The notes under the pieces: generated by a model
Told to the model about the DNA's origin: nothing
The model's input: only the letters and a program-made list of their open reading frames with translations
Database searches by the model: none
Translations under genes and position numbers: made by a program
Shown: positions 46,661-56,791 of the stretch, one piece after another
How positions within the stretch are numbered: the first letter of the stretch is position 1
How the letters are laid out: the number at the start of each line of letters is the position of its first letter
IMG/VR virus record: IMGVR_UViG_3300025769_010106
Coordinates: 1 to 64,000 of that record
DNA: 64,000 nucleotides
Strand: one strand, 5' to 3'
Origin: a virus

Positions 46661-47621
46661 TAAAGAATTAAATACTGCTTTAATAAAAGCTAACGACCTG
46701 GTTCTAAAATCAGGTCGTGTCATGATGGGTGAATATACACTGGAGTTTGAAAGCAGAATAGCAAAAGTATCTGGAGCAAACTACGCATGTGTAGTAGGAA
46801 GTGGAAGCGACGCTCTGTTGTATGCGTTAGTATCTAGTAACACTACAGGACTTGTTGGCATGCCTGCTCAAACTTTTATTGCTACTAAAAATTCTATTTT
46901 AAGAGCTGGATGCATACCTTATTTGGTAGATGTAAAGAATAATGCTCTATTAAATTGGGATTTAATTCCAAACAGTGTTGATTGTGCTGTATGGGTTGGG
47001 TTATTTGGTAACTCTGAACCTCTACCTGATAACTTATTTGTAATAGAAGATGGAGCTCAACATTTTGGAGCAAGGCTTCAATCCAATATTGCAACATATA
47101 GTTTTGATCCTACAAAAAGTCTACCTAACTTTGGCAATGGCGGTGCAGTTGTTAGCAACGACAAACGTGTTATAGACAATGTAAAACTTTTACGCAGACA
47201 TCAAATAGTAAATGGACACACGGGCGGCAACAGCATAATGAGTGAACGTGAGTGTGCTGAAATGTGTGTTAAGTTAGATTACTTTCCTCTTTGGCAAGAG
47301 CGTAGACAGGAGATTGCTAGAGATTATTACACACATTTAGGACATCTTGTAAATTGTGTCACTCAACTAGATGGACAGATAAGCAAGTTTATTATTGAAA
47401 CAACTATGCGGGCTGACCTACAAAAATACCTATCTCACAAACATATAGAGACCAAACGTGCCTATGAACATCCAATATACGAATTTGACCAGGCATCCAA
47501 AAACTGTAAAAGATTTCTACAATTACCCTGTGATCCTTATATGACTGATGAAGAACTGTTAGCTGTTATAATGGCTGTCAAAGAATTCTTTGAGGAAAGC
47601 CCACTCGAAAGTTTGCTGTAG
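46629..47621 (+). CDS. DegT/DnrJ/EryC1 PLP sugar aminotransferase
   Basis: SGSDAL, EDGAQHFG, SFDPTKSL..GNGGAV. Confidence 0.9.
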   Translation: MIHLHNLNRLNKELNTALIKANDLVLKSGRVMMGEYTLEFESRIAKVSGANYACVVGSGSDALLYALVSSNTTGLVGMPAQTFIATKNSILRAGCIPYLVDVKNNALLNWDLIPNSVDCAVWVGLFGNSEPLPDNLFVIEDGAQHFGARLQSNIATYSFDPTKSLPNFGNGGAVVSNDKRVIDNVKLLRRHQIVNGHTGGNSIMSERECAEMCVKLDYFPLWQERRQEIARDYYTHLGHLVNCVTQLDGQISKFIIETTMRADLQKYLSHKHIETKRAYEHPIYEFDQASKNCKRFLQLPCDPYMTDEELLAVIMAVKEFFEESPLESLL

Positions 47622-49868
47622 ATCATTTCCATCTTCAACATACTTGACAGCATCCTCAGCACCTCGTACACTCCACTTACCATTCTCTCCATTACCAACT
47701 GTAGTCCATTGCTCTAGTCTATAACGACTTTCAATGTCTGACTGTTGAGTAAGTTTTACACATTCGCGGAAGGCTGTACGCCAAGTTTCATATGGCGTGG
47801 TGTTAAAGTCTGCTGTACTTGCTATTACAGGAACAACTCCGTGTCTAGCACTTAGCGTAAAGTCTAGCCCCCATTCAGTAGCATCCAATACCATTTGTTT
47901 GTGGTACGCAATAATACCCATGTGTCCATACTCTAATCCATTAACAGGATTACGACTGTGGAATATCCAATGCTTGGGGCCTTGCAGCCAATCTGGTTGC
48001 CAGTTAAAATTAAAGTCAGGTTCTACAATACACTTAGCAAATACGTTAAAGAACCAGGGTGTCTCACTGATCTCTGCACAGGCCTTATATGCTTCTGCTC
48101 TACCCGTTACACCATCTATGCGCTTGGCTCTAGGGCACATACACTTGAGTAGAAACCAGTTTTTATCGGCGTTTTTTTCACCATTACTAAGATACACAAC
48201 ATCTAGTAGTTTTTCTTCTATATTATAGTCATTATGACGCAATATGTATGGGTAGTCATAGAATTGAGTAGAAAAATGCTGTTTACAGTCCCTAGGCACT
48301 AGTAGTACGCTACCGCTCTGTGTAAAGACGTGCAGATCGGGTTTTTTCCAAAAACTAGGAACATAGTCCAAAGATTTAGTGTCTGTATTCAATATCCAAC
48401 TATATGACTGTGTAACTTCATGTAGTGCATTAACTGTGGGCCAGGGTCTATAAGGGACTGTAACATCCTCTACGTAGTTTATAGTATCAAACCACCCTAA
48501 AACTTTTAGGGTACTGTGTTGACTCTTAAAACGCTCCACAGGGACTAAAAATGTATCACCCTCACGCTGATTACAGCTAGGGAATACATGTAGCATATCC
48601 TTCTGCCAGGGTTCCGGTTCCCAGCCAAAATCAAAGTTAGTGTAATCACAAGTGCTACTCGTAACCCATATATACTCGCTATCTGTACGCTCGCATATTC
48701 TTCCCAGAGTTTCTAACCAGGTACTGAAAAATCTAGTTGTTTTATGATCTAGATCAGGTGTAAACTTATATCCATTACCAAAGTCTACATATACTATTTC
48801 TCTGTTGTCATCAAATAATTCTACCGTTTGATCTTCAACAAAGTTTAATTCTGGAAAGTCTTTAACATCCTCAAACCAAGGTACCAGTCGTAGGAATTCA
48901 AGTCTTGGTACTCTAAACACATTAGCCCATTTTTGAAACTTGCTGCCAAACACATGTATCATGTTGCTTTGCCAAGTTTCTGGATACCATCCAAAGTCAA
49001 AGTCTGTGTAGTCATAGTCACTGCTGACTATCCACACAAAATCACTATTACTATTTTCACAAGCCTTTTTAATAATACTGGCCCAGTTGCCTACACCTCT
49101 AATTTTACGAGCATTTGAATCTTGTGCTAATACTGTGTCAAAACTTTTTTTGTTGTTTTTATTAAATTGGTCTACAACAAAAATATCACTAGTGATCTTG
49201 CTTTTAACCTGTTGCACACTTTCATACTTGATTTCACTAGCACCAGGTGTGTGATATTCAGGACCGCCTTGTCTAGCCCATTTACTACCAAACACATGAA
49301 TGTAACTGTCGGACTTTCTTGGATGCCAACTAAAATCAAAATTATCCAAATCAGCGTTTGGTGGCACATGCCAATTGTTTAAATTTTCTAGTGCTGTTGA
49401 TCGTTGCACACTTTCATATTTTATTTCACTAGCACCGGGTGTATGATATTCAGGACCTCCATCAGGTTGCCATTGTGTTCCAAAAACATGAATATAATTT
49501 TCATTTGGATCTGGATGCCAACTTAAATCAAATTTGTTGGTGTCAATGTTTGAAGGTATTTGCCAGTTGTCAACACATGGCAGTCTAGTTACACGTTGAT
49601 CTTTCATGTAGTGTAAAGGACCAGGATTGTGTTTGGGTGTTAGATAAACTTGTCCGTCTTGTTGCCATTGACTGGGCCATACATACACATGATCATGCTC
49701 CCAGTGCGGAGGCACCATGTCAAAGCGAAAATCTGTGTAGTCATTTTGACCCGATAAATACCAGCAGTATTCAGTACGACTTTGCTGTTGTGCTGCTTCA
49801 ATTGAATCTGCAGGCTGCTCGTGAGCAAATAGATTAGGCTTAGAACCTGTATAGAAAACATCAAACAT
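47559..49868 (-). CDS. Repeat-containing glycosyltransferase-like protein
   Basis: Repeated FDF.W.P....HVF modules; C-terminal domain similar to 62022-62948 (AKRIDGV.G, NGL.YG, AFRE). Confidence 0.6.
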   Translation of the reverse strand: MFDVFYTGSKPNLFAHEQPADSIEAAQQQSRTEYCWYLSGQNDYTDFRFDMVPPHWEHDHVYVWPSQWQQDGQVYLTPKHNPGPLHYMKDQRVTRLPCVDNWQIPSNIDTNKFDLSWHPDPNENYIHVFGTQWQPDGGPEYHTPGASEIKYESVQRSTALENLNNWHVPPNADLDNFDFSWHPRKSDSYIHVFGSKWARQGGPEYHTPGASEIKYESVQQVKSKITSDIFVVDQFNKNNKKSFDTVLAQDSNARKIRGVGNWASIIKKACENSNSDFVWIVSSDYDYTDFDFGWYPETWQSNMIHVFGSKFQKWANVFRVPRLEFLRLVPWFEDVKDFPELNFVEDQTVELFDDNREIVYVDFGNGYKFTPDLDHKTTRFFSTWLETLGRICERTDSEYIWVTSSTCDYTNFDFGWEPEPWQKDMLHVFPSCNQREGDTFLVPVERFKSQHSTLKVLGWFDTINYVEDVTVPYRPWPTVNALHEVTQSYSWILNTDTKSLDYVPSFWKKPDLHVFTQSGSVLLVPRDCKQHFSTQFYDYPYILRHNDYNIEEKLLDVVYLSNGEKNADKNWFLLKCMCPRAKRIDGVTGRAEAYKACAEISETPWFFNVFAKCIVEPDFNFNWQPDWLQGPKHWIFHSRNPVNGLEYGHMGIIAYHKQMVLDATEWGLDFTLSARHGVVPVIASTADFNTTPYETWRTAFRECVKLTQQSDIESRYRLEQWTTVGNGENGKWSVRGAEDAVKYVEDGNDLQQTFEWAFLKEFFDSHYNS

Positions 49869-50925
49869 GTATAATTTAGAAACCTTTTATCCTACTATCA
49901 GCACATGGTTTAGACGCAAATATGACCATTTGGAACCTGCTGTGGTATACCCTTATCCATATGGCAGTGAACATCCAGAAGATACTGTGTTTGACAGTGC
50001 TTATGAATTTCCTAAGACTGTGTTACTATTATACGATCAAGAACCTTTTTGGTCAAGTATTCGTTGGCTAGATCATTTTGCTGAAATGTTTGCTGATTGG
50101 GGCTCAACAGTAATACTTATTACCACACAAGAATGGGGCACTAATTTAGACTATTATGTTAAAAACTTTAATTGGAAACATGTTTGTTACCAGCACCACC
50201 TGTTAGCATGCAGAGATTGGTATAGGGGTTATAGAAATCATCCACAACTGGTTTCACCTCAACAACGAAAACTTTATAATCATTTTGTATGTTATAATAG
50301 ACTTTTTGCTGAAAATAGACCACATAGAGTTAATCTTCTTAAAGACCTATATGATGATAACATACTATGCAAAGTTGATATGAGTTTTCCTGCAACTGAT
50401 CCTATTACAAATAGTTCTTATGCAGATATATCTGGTCGTAGTGATATACAGTTTATTCTACCATTAGACATAGACGATCCCAATCATAACAACAATAGTT
50501 TTACTTTAGATATACAATCTGCTAATGAAACTGCTATACATATTATTACTGAAACTATTTTCAATATTAAAGAAAATTATCTAAGCGAAAAAAGTTATAA
50601 ACCTATTGCCCTTAAACAACCATTTATAATATTTGGCGCTCCCTATAGCCTTAAGACTTTGCAGGATTTAGGATTTAAAACTTTTGCTAATTTTTGGGAT
50701 GAAAGTTATGATAACATTGAGGACCATGATCTAAGATACAGCAAGGCATATAAAATTGTTAAAGATATTGCTAGCATGTCATTAAATGATATTCAAAATA
50801 TTCTAATACAGTCTACGGATATTCTTGAATATAATTATAACCATTTTTATGCACAGGAAACTTTGGATAATATAGTTAATAATCTATTTTTAGATATTAC
50901 TAAGGCCGCTAGTTACGTAAATTAA
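49867..50925 (+). CDS. Hypothetical protein, paralogue of 247-1452
   Basis: IITET..YLSEKSYKPI..QPFII.G..GFKTF..WDESYD. Confidence 0.6.
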   Translation: MYNLETFYPTISTWFRRKYDHLEPAVVYPYPYGSEHPEDTVFDSAYEFPKTVLLLYDQEPFWSSIRWLDHFAEMFADWGSTVILITTQEWGTNLDYYVKNFNWKHVCYQHHLLACRDWYRGYRNHPQLVSPQQRKLYNHFVCYNRLFAENRPHRVNLLKDLYDDNILCKVDMSFPATDPITNSSYADISGRSDIQFILPLDIDDPNHNNNSFTLDIQSANETAIHIITETIFNIKENYLSEKSYKPIALKQPFIIFGAPYSLKTLQDLGFKTFANFWDESYDNIEDHDLRYSKAYKIVKDIASMSLNDIQNILIQSTDILEYNYNHFYAQETLDNIVNNLFLDITKAASYVN

Positions 50926-50926
50926 A

Positions 50927-51370
50927 TCAAACATCTATTTGTTCCACTGGTATATTACATTCTTTTAAAAACTCTAGTCCATCGTTTAATCGGTAGGGAT
51001 GAACATAGAATATTTCCTTAATACCTGCTTGATATAAGCCTTTAGAACATTCCATGCAGGGCTGATGTGTTATAAAGGCACTAGCACCTTCGCCACTTTC
51101 AGTAGATCGGGCCAACTTCATAAGAGCATTCATTTCCGCGTGAAGTACTTCTGGTTTGGTCACTAACTCAACATGATCCGCAGTGCCATTGCCTGTCATA
51201 AATTGTGTCTCACATTCATTAGTCCAGCCGCTGGGCATGCCATTATAGCCAATGCTAATCACACGATTGTCTTTTACAATCACACAGCCAACCTGTAGTC
51301 TAACCGCAGTACTACATTCGGCATATGCAAATGCAGCCTTCATGTGAGCTACTTTGTGTTTTTCCTTCAC
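50927..51370 (-). CDS. dCMP deaminase
   Basis: VGCVIV, GYNG, HAEMNA, PCMEC; start GTG 51370 or ATG 51391. Confidence 0.92.
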   Translation of the reverse strand: MKEKHKVAHMKAAFAYAECSTAVRLQVGCVIVKDNRVISIGYNGMPSGWTNECETQFMTGNGTADHVELVTKPEVLHAEMNALMKLARSTESGEGASAFITHQPCMECSKGLYQAGIKEIFYVHPYRLNDGLEFLKECNIPVEQIDV

Positions 51371-51434
51371 CAGCCTATGCCTCGTCGCCATCTCATTTTA
51401 TATAGTTTTACTAAAAGTTTGAATAACATAATCT

Positions 51435-51794
51435 CTAAAATCCTAAATCCATTCTCCATGGATACATTGTATAGCCAAGAGGACGTAAGACGAACTCTTC
51501 AAACAGTACGATTAAAACAATACCAAATACCCATTGTACCCAACGTGGCCAAGTTGTTCGCCAACGTGTAAAGGGACGCAATATCCATGCTAATATATTG
51601 GTTACCTTACCCCAGAACCAATCACCTACACTAAAGGGAGGAACTTTCCACAGTACTACAGGAACTATTAACCACCATATCCACTGTGGATAGTCGTCAT
51701 TGGGCTCATCTATTACAATCATTAGAACCAGTAGTGCTAGTAGGTATGCACCAATCCATTTTTTCATATGTGCTAGTTTATGTTTTTCTTTCAT
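51435..51794 (-). CDS. Trp-rich membrane protein
   Basis: Several TM segments; first 11 aa mimic the dCMP deaminase N-terminus. Confidence 0.65.
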   Translation of the reverse strand: MKEKHKLAHMKKWIGAYLLALLVLMIVIDEPNDDYPQWIWWLIVPVVLWKVPPFSVGDWFWGKVTNILAWILRPFTRWRTTWPRWVQWVFGIVLIVLFEEFVLRPLGYTMYPWRMDLGF

Positions 51795-52088
51795 TTAAAA
51801 TATACCTATCATTAGTTTAGTATCTTCCGGTATAAGATCAGGTCCCCACTGTGGTTCCCATACAAGTTCACGTTCTACTTCTGTCACACCGTCAACATTT
51901 TTGCAGGCTTGGTATATGTCTTCGCATATTTGATCGGCAAATGGACACATAAAACTTGTTAAGCTATGCTTTACATGAACTTTAGTTTTTTCTATTTCTA
52001 TACTATATATCAAACCCAAATCGTAAACATTAACGCTTATCTCTGGATCATAGACAAGACGTAGTGCTTCTATTATCTTATCTTTCAT
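51795..52088 (-). CDS. DUF59/SufT-like Fe-S cluster assembly factor
   Basis: VYDPEI.VNVYDLGLIY, LTS..CP, WEPQW. Confidence 0.88.
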   Translation of the reverse strand: MKDKIIEALRLVYDPEISVNVYDLGLIYSIEIEKTKVHVKHSLTSFMCPFADQICEDIYQACKNVDGVTEVERELVWEPQWGPDLIPEDTKLMIGIF

Positions 52089-53566
52089 GAGCAGACCTTC
52101 ACACCATACTGCTTTTCAAAACGATCTGCGTCAGCACGATCATTTACCATGGGCTCGCCACGGATGTTTAGGCTAGTGTTTAATAGCATTGGGCAGTCTG
52201 TCATTACATACCACTTTTCAAGTAGGTCCCTTGCGCCAGTACGATCATCCTTGCCTACTGTTTGTACACGACTGGTGTTGTCATAATGTACTATTGCAGG
52301 GAATAGATCTGGACGCTTACATTTATAGGTAAACTGCATATAGGGACTCGTATCCAGTCTGGGCATATCAAAATAATCGTGTGCATGCTCCTCTAATATC
52401 ATAGGAGCAAAAGGTCTGAACTTTTGTCTGCGTTTGATCTCGTTAACACGGTCTTTTATATCATCGCCGCGTGGGTCAGCAAGTAGACTGCGATTGCCCA
52501 GAGCACGTGGGCCAAACTCTGCACGACCACTTGCAACTCCTACAATACCTTCACGCTGTAGTTCGCCAATAATTTCTTCACTGGGATATTCACCGGGAAT
52601 GTTTGTTCCCAGATATGGCCCTTGCCAGTTTAAACGTTTGCCATATGCAAGAGCAGCAGCACCTAAACTACTACCACAGTCGCCAGGGTTTGGCATAACC
52701 CATAGTCTATTCCAGATATCACGAATCGCACTATTTGCAACACAGTTAAGAGCAACACCCCCCATGAACACGCAATCATCAATATCAGTATTTGTAATAC
52801 TTAATTGATGCATTGCCGTTCTGAGCATGCCTTCAGTGATCATTTGTGCAGCTCTGGCTATTTCTTCGATTGTATATTCACTGGCGAAACTGTCTTCTAC
52901 ACCAACGTGAAAATTTCGTTTAAAAATCTGTTTATGTTCATTATCTAAACTACCAGTAACAACCTCGCGATATGCATTTGGAGATCCATACGCTGCCATA
53001 CCCATGAGAATATATTCTTCTTCCATGGGTTTTAAACCACAACGCTTGGTCATTGCGCTGTAAAACAATCCTAAACTATGAGGGTAGCGACGTGTATAAA
53101 TCCTTTTATATTGTGCCCGACCTTGGTCATCGTATTCAGCACGATATGTTGACCAACAGTCCCATTCACCAATAGCATCTATTACTACCACAACAGCACG
53201 ATCAAAGGGTGATGTTTGAAACCCTGCCGCAGCATGACTTAAATGATGTCCTGAGTATTTGTCTACTTTAAGTCCGTATGGTTTTAATTGTTTAGTAGGA
53301 CTAGGGTCACCAAACACTTTACGCCACTCACCACTATATAGTTGACGTGTTTTTTTCAGCCATGGACGTTCATACCAAGCAACTAAATCAGGCGTACCAT
53401 AACCGAGTGCCTCAGCCATAATGCCTTCATTTAGTGTAGCATCATTTTTAACTTTACTATAGCGTTCGCTGTGACCTGCAAAAAGTATATTGCCTCTACT
53501 GTCCACGACACTGACACCAGCATCATGAAAGCCTGCACTCACGCCCATGTATGTTTTAAGTTTCAT
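52085..53566 (-). CDS. NodU/CmcH-family carbamoyltransferase
   Basis: HDAG, HHLSHA, DAIGE, GGVALNC, EFGPRALGNRS, RPFAP, LNTSLN. Confidence 0.93.
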   Translation of the reverse strand: MKLKTYMGVSAGFHDAGVSVVDSRGNILFAGHSERYSKVKNDATLNEGIMAEALGYGTPDLVAWYERPWLKKTRQLYSGEWRKVFGDPSPTKQLKPYGLKVDKYSGHHLSHAAAGFQTSPFDRAVVVVIDAIGEWDCWSTYRAEYDDQGRAQYKRIYTRRYPHSLGLFYSAMTKRCGLKPMEEEYILMGMAAYGSPNAYREVVTGSLDNEHKQIFKRNFHVGVEDSFASEYTIEEIARAAQMITEGMLRTAMHQLSITNTDIDDCVFMGGVALNCVANSAIRDIWNRLWVMPNPGDCGSSLGAAALAYGKRLNWQGPYLGTNIPGEYPSEEIIGELQREGIVGVASGRAEFGPRALGNRSLLADPRGDDIKDRVNEIKRRQKFRPFAPMILEEHAHDYFDMPRLDTSPYMQFTYKCKRPDLFPAIVHYDNTSRVQTVGKDDRTGARDLLEKWYVMTDCPMLLNTSLNIRGEPMVNDRADADRFEKQYGVKVCS

Positions 53567-53664
53567 TTGTAGATAAAAGGGTCCCTACGTCTCAACTCTT
53601 TTAGTCGCTTGCGATACTGTATCTCAAGTTTAATTCTGTTAATAAGGTTGCGAATCCAACGCAT
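53563..53664 (-). CDS. 33-aa basic peptide ending DPFIYK (not in ORF track)
   Basis: AGGAG RBS; MRWIRNLINRIKLEIQYRKRLKELRRRDPFIYK; ATGA overlap with the carbamoyltransferase. Confidence 0.7.
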   Translation of the reverse strand: MRWIRNLINRIKLEIQYRKRLKELRRRDPFIYK

Positions 53665-53676
53665 TATATTCTCCTG

Positions 53677-53901
53677 TTATTGTCCGTACCAGTTATGTAT
53701 TCCAAGGAACGCTGCGCCAAAGTAAAACATCTCCATTAGCATCCTAGGCATGTCACGATCTTTATAAGCAAAGTATGCCCATGCGGCGCAAGACACACTA
53801 CTGAGTGCCCATCCCATCCATTGTATGCTGACTATGCCACTTGTTAAAATAAACAATGCTGTAACAGCACCCACAAACCCCAACCATCTTTGTATTCTCA
53901 T
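53677..53901 (-). CDS. Small membrane protein
   Basis: Three hydrophobic segments, similar style to 12431-12655. Confidence 0.65.
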   Translation of the reverse strand: MRIQRWLGFVGAVTALFILTSGIVSIQWMGWALSSVSCAAWAYFAYKDRDMPRMLMEMFYFGAAFLGIHNWYGQ

Positions 53902-54971
53902 GGTATTAATCCTAGTGCTTGCATCTGCACATTTTCGTAGTCTTCATCGTCTACAGTATAATCAAAGTAGTAGGGAACGCCATCTACTTCAATACTATAT
54001 ATGTTTAGAAGAGGACTCATCATATCCCAAATCTGCACAGGATCGGTTGTTCCAAAACTACTTAGCATATCTACTTGGCCCAGTGGCAAATATCCTAAAC
54101 TAAGTCTTGGATCTGTTATATCCTTGCCATTGTCAATCATCCATTGATGGAATTCATCTATATCTTCGTTATGCCATTTATGATCACCACCATATACTAC
54201 ATCTTTAGCCCACTCTATATCGAATTCACCACTATAATATTTTAAATCTGTAATTGCTTCGCATACTGTGTCAGTTAACATCGGAGCATCTTCGTCTCTC
54301 CATACTTCAAAGTATGTTTTTCCTATCTGACACCAGTGCATGTACACGCCACCAAACACACGATCATATCCGTTAGTCACAAAGCCTGCACGATATTCAT
54401 CTTCTAAGTGTAGACGCGGAGCGTTAAGAAATGTAGTAATCTGGCTGGGCCTTACCCACTCAGGTGCTAGGGCATCTTTAACTAAACTTAGTATGTATGT
54501 TTCCATCTCATGGCATAGGTTGTTTAATTGTCTAATACTATATTTTACTTTAGGAGATGCATTGTAATAATAATTACTTAAATTTCCAACTGTACCTTGT
54601 AATATTTCAAAATGATTATGTAAACGATTTAAAATATTGTGTTTGACATAATGCTGATGTCGAGAAAATTTATATTCTTTGGGATCAAACCAAACACTAT
54701 CAGGCGTAAAGTGTTCTTCTATTCTGTAATCCAAATCACTTTTATTAATACGTTTTATATGCTTATTAAGTTCACTAACCATAGCATGTAAGCCACGTGT
54801 CTGTTTTGGAAACCCCATAAAGCAAAAGTTCTTTTCTAGGTGTAGTCCGCGCTCAAGAATCTCTAATAGAGCAGTTTTCCATGCACGACCCAAGGGAATA
54901 TCATGGGGAGTTATTGTGTAGTCTAACTCAACACCAGTTTCATGAGGACTTTTAAGAACTATTCGTATCAA
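53898..54971 (-). CDS. Hypothetical protein of the radical SAM island
   Basis: LNRLHNHFE, LNNLCHEME and IGKTY possible metal-binding motifs. Confidence 0.65.
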   Translation of the reverse strand: MIRIVLKSPHETGVELDYTITPHDIPLGRAWKTALLEILERGLHLEKNFCFMGFPKQTRGLHAMVSELNKHIKRINKSDLDYRIEEHFTPDSVWFDPKEYKFSRHQHYVKHNILNRLHNHFEILQGTVGNLSNYYYNASPKVKYSIRQLNNLCHEMETYILSLVKDALAPEWVRPSQITTFLNAPRLHLEDEYRAGFVTNGYDRVFGGVYMHWCQIGKTYFEVWRDEDAPMLTDTVCEAITDLKYYSGEFDIEWAKDVVYGGDHKWHNEDIDEFHQWMIDNGKDITDPRLSLGYLPLGQVDMLSSFGTTDPVQIWDMMSPLLNIYSIEVDGVPYYFDYTVDDEDYENVQMQALGLIP

Positions 54972-56229
54972 TACTTTCCCACCATTTTGCTAACTCAGTG
55001 TCGCGTAATGTATCAACGAACGGCATCCCGGCTCTTGCCGTATCTAGGCGTTCCATACGTCGCTTGGCCCGGGCTCTAGCCTTAGCATAGTCTTCGGGAT
55101 ACTCTTCCTCAAACGTAGGCCGTTTAATTAAGTTCATTAATACATCACGCATTGGACCTGATGTGTCAGGTAACACATCTGTTATTATAGCATGTAATAT
55201 GTCTCTGGGCAAGAATAAAGGACTCATGGCAATATCAGGTGTGAACGCAAATGTAACTTTAGCAAGTATGTCTACACCCAAATCTGCTGCTAGTTTTTGT
55301 ATATTGCGTATCTCAAATAAGCCTGGCACGGTTAGTGTAAAGTCTATACGCATTTGCCTACGGTATTTGCTAACAGCAATACCCTGCTTGAAGTTTTCCA
55401 GCCACTGATCATATTTGAGTCCAGTGCGTATGTATTCTCCTACAGCACCAGTGCCATCCAAACTAGCACAAATCTGCCAGTCTCTTATCTTCGGCAATAT
55501 ATCAGTATAAAGGTTACAGCCACCAAACTCAATACGACTAAGGTTGGTATTGTATCTAGCGTATATACGTGGACCATCTCCTAGTTCAATAATACGTTGC
55601 ATATAACGCCAGTGCTGTTCATACATAAGAGGCTCGCCGCCTACCCAGTATATTTCTTCAACACGATGTTCTTCCACTGCACAAGCAAACTCCTGTTCAA
55701 CAGTATCTTTTTGAAACTTTTCTATTGCTTGCTTTACAGGCGTTTCCATCCAGGGTTCTATTTTGCCATCCATACGTGCTTCTGCTTCCCAACTGCTACT
55801 AAGCATTGGGCCGCACATACGACATTTAAAGTTACAGAGGTTAGTAAAACGATAGTCCCAACTCACAGGCTGCATACTAGTATAGCCCGTGTCATCTGTT
55901 GTTCGTGCTATGTCATCATACTTGTGTTTGAATAAATGCCAGAAGTAATCACGATAAACATCTGTGTTTAGTAATTTCTTGTCGCAAACCTCACACTCAG
56001 GTGGCAGTTCACCTGCTAGCATTTGACGGCGCACTCTGCGTATATGTTCACCGTTCCACCACTCATCCAGTGTTTGTGGCAAATATTCATTAGTGCCGGC
56101 GGCGGTGTCTATATACTGACGAAAGTTCTGAGCAGGTTCTCTGCTGGCACAACATAGCCTACGCTCTGTCTGTGGTGACAGATAGGTGTGCGTCCAGGGT
56201 GCCATGCACAAGGTATCAGGTTTATTCAT
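54952..56229 (-). CDS. Radical SAM enzyme with N-terminal SPASM/twitch-like domain
   Basis: CMAPW..CC..CEVC; CNFKCRMC; GGEP. Confidence 0.88.
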   Translation of the reverse strand: MNKPDTLCMAPWTHTYLSPQTERRLCCASREPAQNFRQYIDTAAGTNEYLPQTLDEWWNGEHIRRVRRQMLAGELPPECEVCDKKLLNTDVYRDYFWHLFKHKYDDIARTTDDTGYTSMQPVSWDYRFTNLCNFKCRMCGPMLSSSWEAEARMDGKIEPWMETPVKQAIEKFQKDTVEQEFACAVEEHRVEEIYWVGGEPLMYEQHWRYMQRIIELGDGPRIYARYNTNLSRIEFGGCNLYTDILPKIRDWQICASLDGTGAVGEYIRTGLKYDQWLENFKQGIAVSKYRRQMRIDFTLTVPGLFEIRNIQKLAADLGVDILAKVTFAFTPDIAMSPLFLPRDILHAIITDVLPDTSGPMRDVLMNLIKRPTFEEEYPEDYAKARARAKRRMERLDTARAGMPFVDTLRDTELAKWWESIDTNSS

Positions 56230-56791
56230 CTGCTAATGGAAATTCAAATTTCCCATCTGCTGCTTTCCTAAACAAGTCCGATACCCACTGATGCCATTCT
56301 GGTGCATAATGATGTCCCAATTTACTGATTGGCCATCGGTCGGGATGGTCGATATAGGGTATCAGATCATAAAGAGTCATATCAATCAAGCGACATTGAT
56401 TCTGCTCACAAATTGATTTCAAATCTATTAGATTCCTAGAAAAGTTTTTCCTACACCAGTCATCGTCGTGTGTTTCCATAAAATAGATTCGATTACTGCA
56501 TGTAGGAAGACTCTGATAAAACTTTCCATCTTTTTGATATTCAAATCTACTCCAATCTGGCCAAAGACAGTAGACTATGTTTGGTTTATGTTCCGGTACG
56601 AGATCTTGTGCCAGACGAACAACCTGATCACCGCTGGCTGATCCAACCCCAAAATTCTTAGCCCCTAACAGATAAGGCCAGGTTTCGTTGTTTTCTACTC
56701 CAACACCCCAGGTATGGCTGCAACCAAATGCTATAGAATCCGAATTGGTGATTTTATTCCTAAATTTCAGTGGATTTTCACTCATAGCCAA
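56222..56791 (-). CDS. SGNH-hydrolase-like protein
   Basis: AFGCSHTWGVG, NFGVG, C-terminal GHH. Confidence 0.6.
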   Translation of the reverse strand: MAMSENPLKFRNKITNSDSIAFGCSHTWGVGVENNETWPYLLGAKNFGVGSASGDQVVRLAQDLVPEHKPNIVYCLWPDWSRFEYQKDGKFYQSLPTCSNRIYFMETHDDDWCRKNFSRNLIDLKSICEQNQCRLIDMTLYDLIPYIDHPDRWPISKLGHHYAPEWHQWVSDLFRKAADGKFEFPLADE

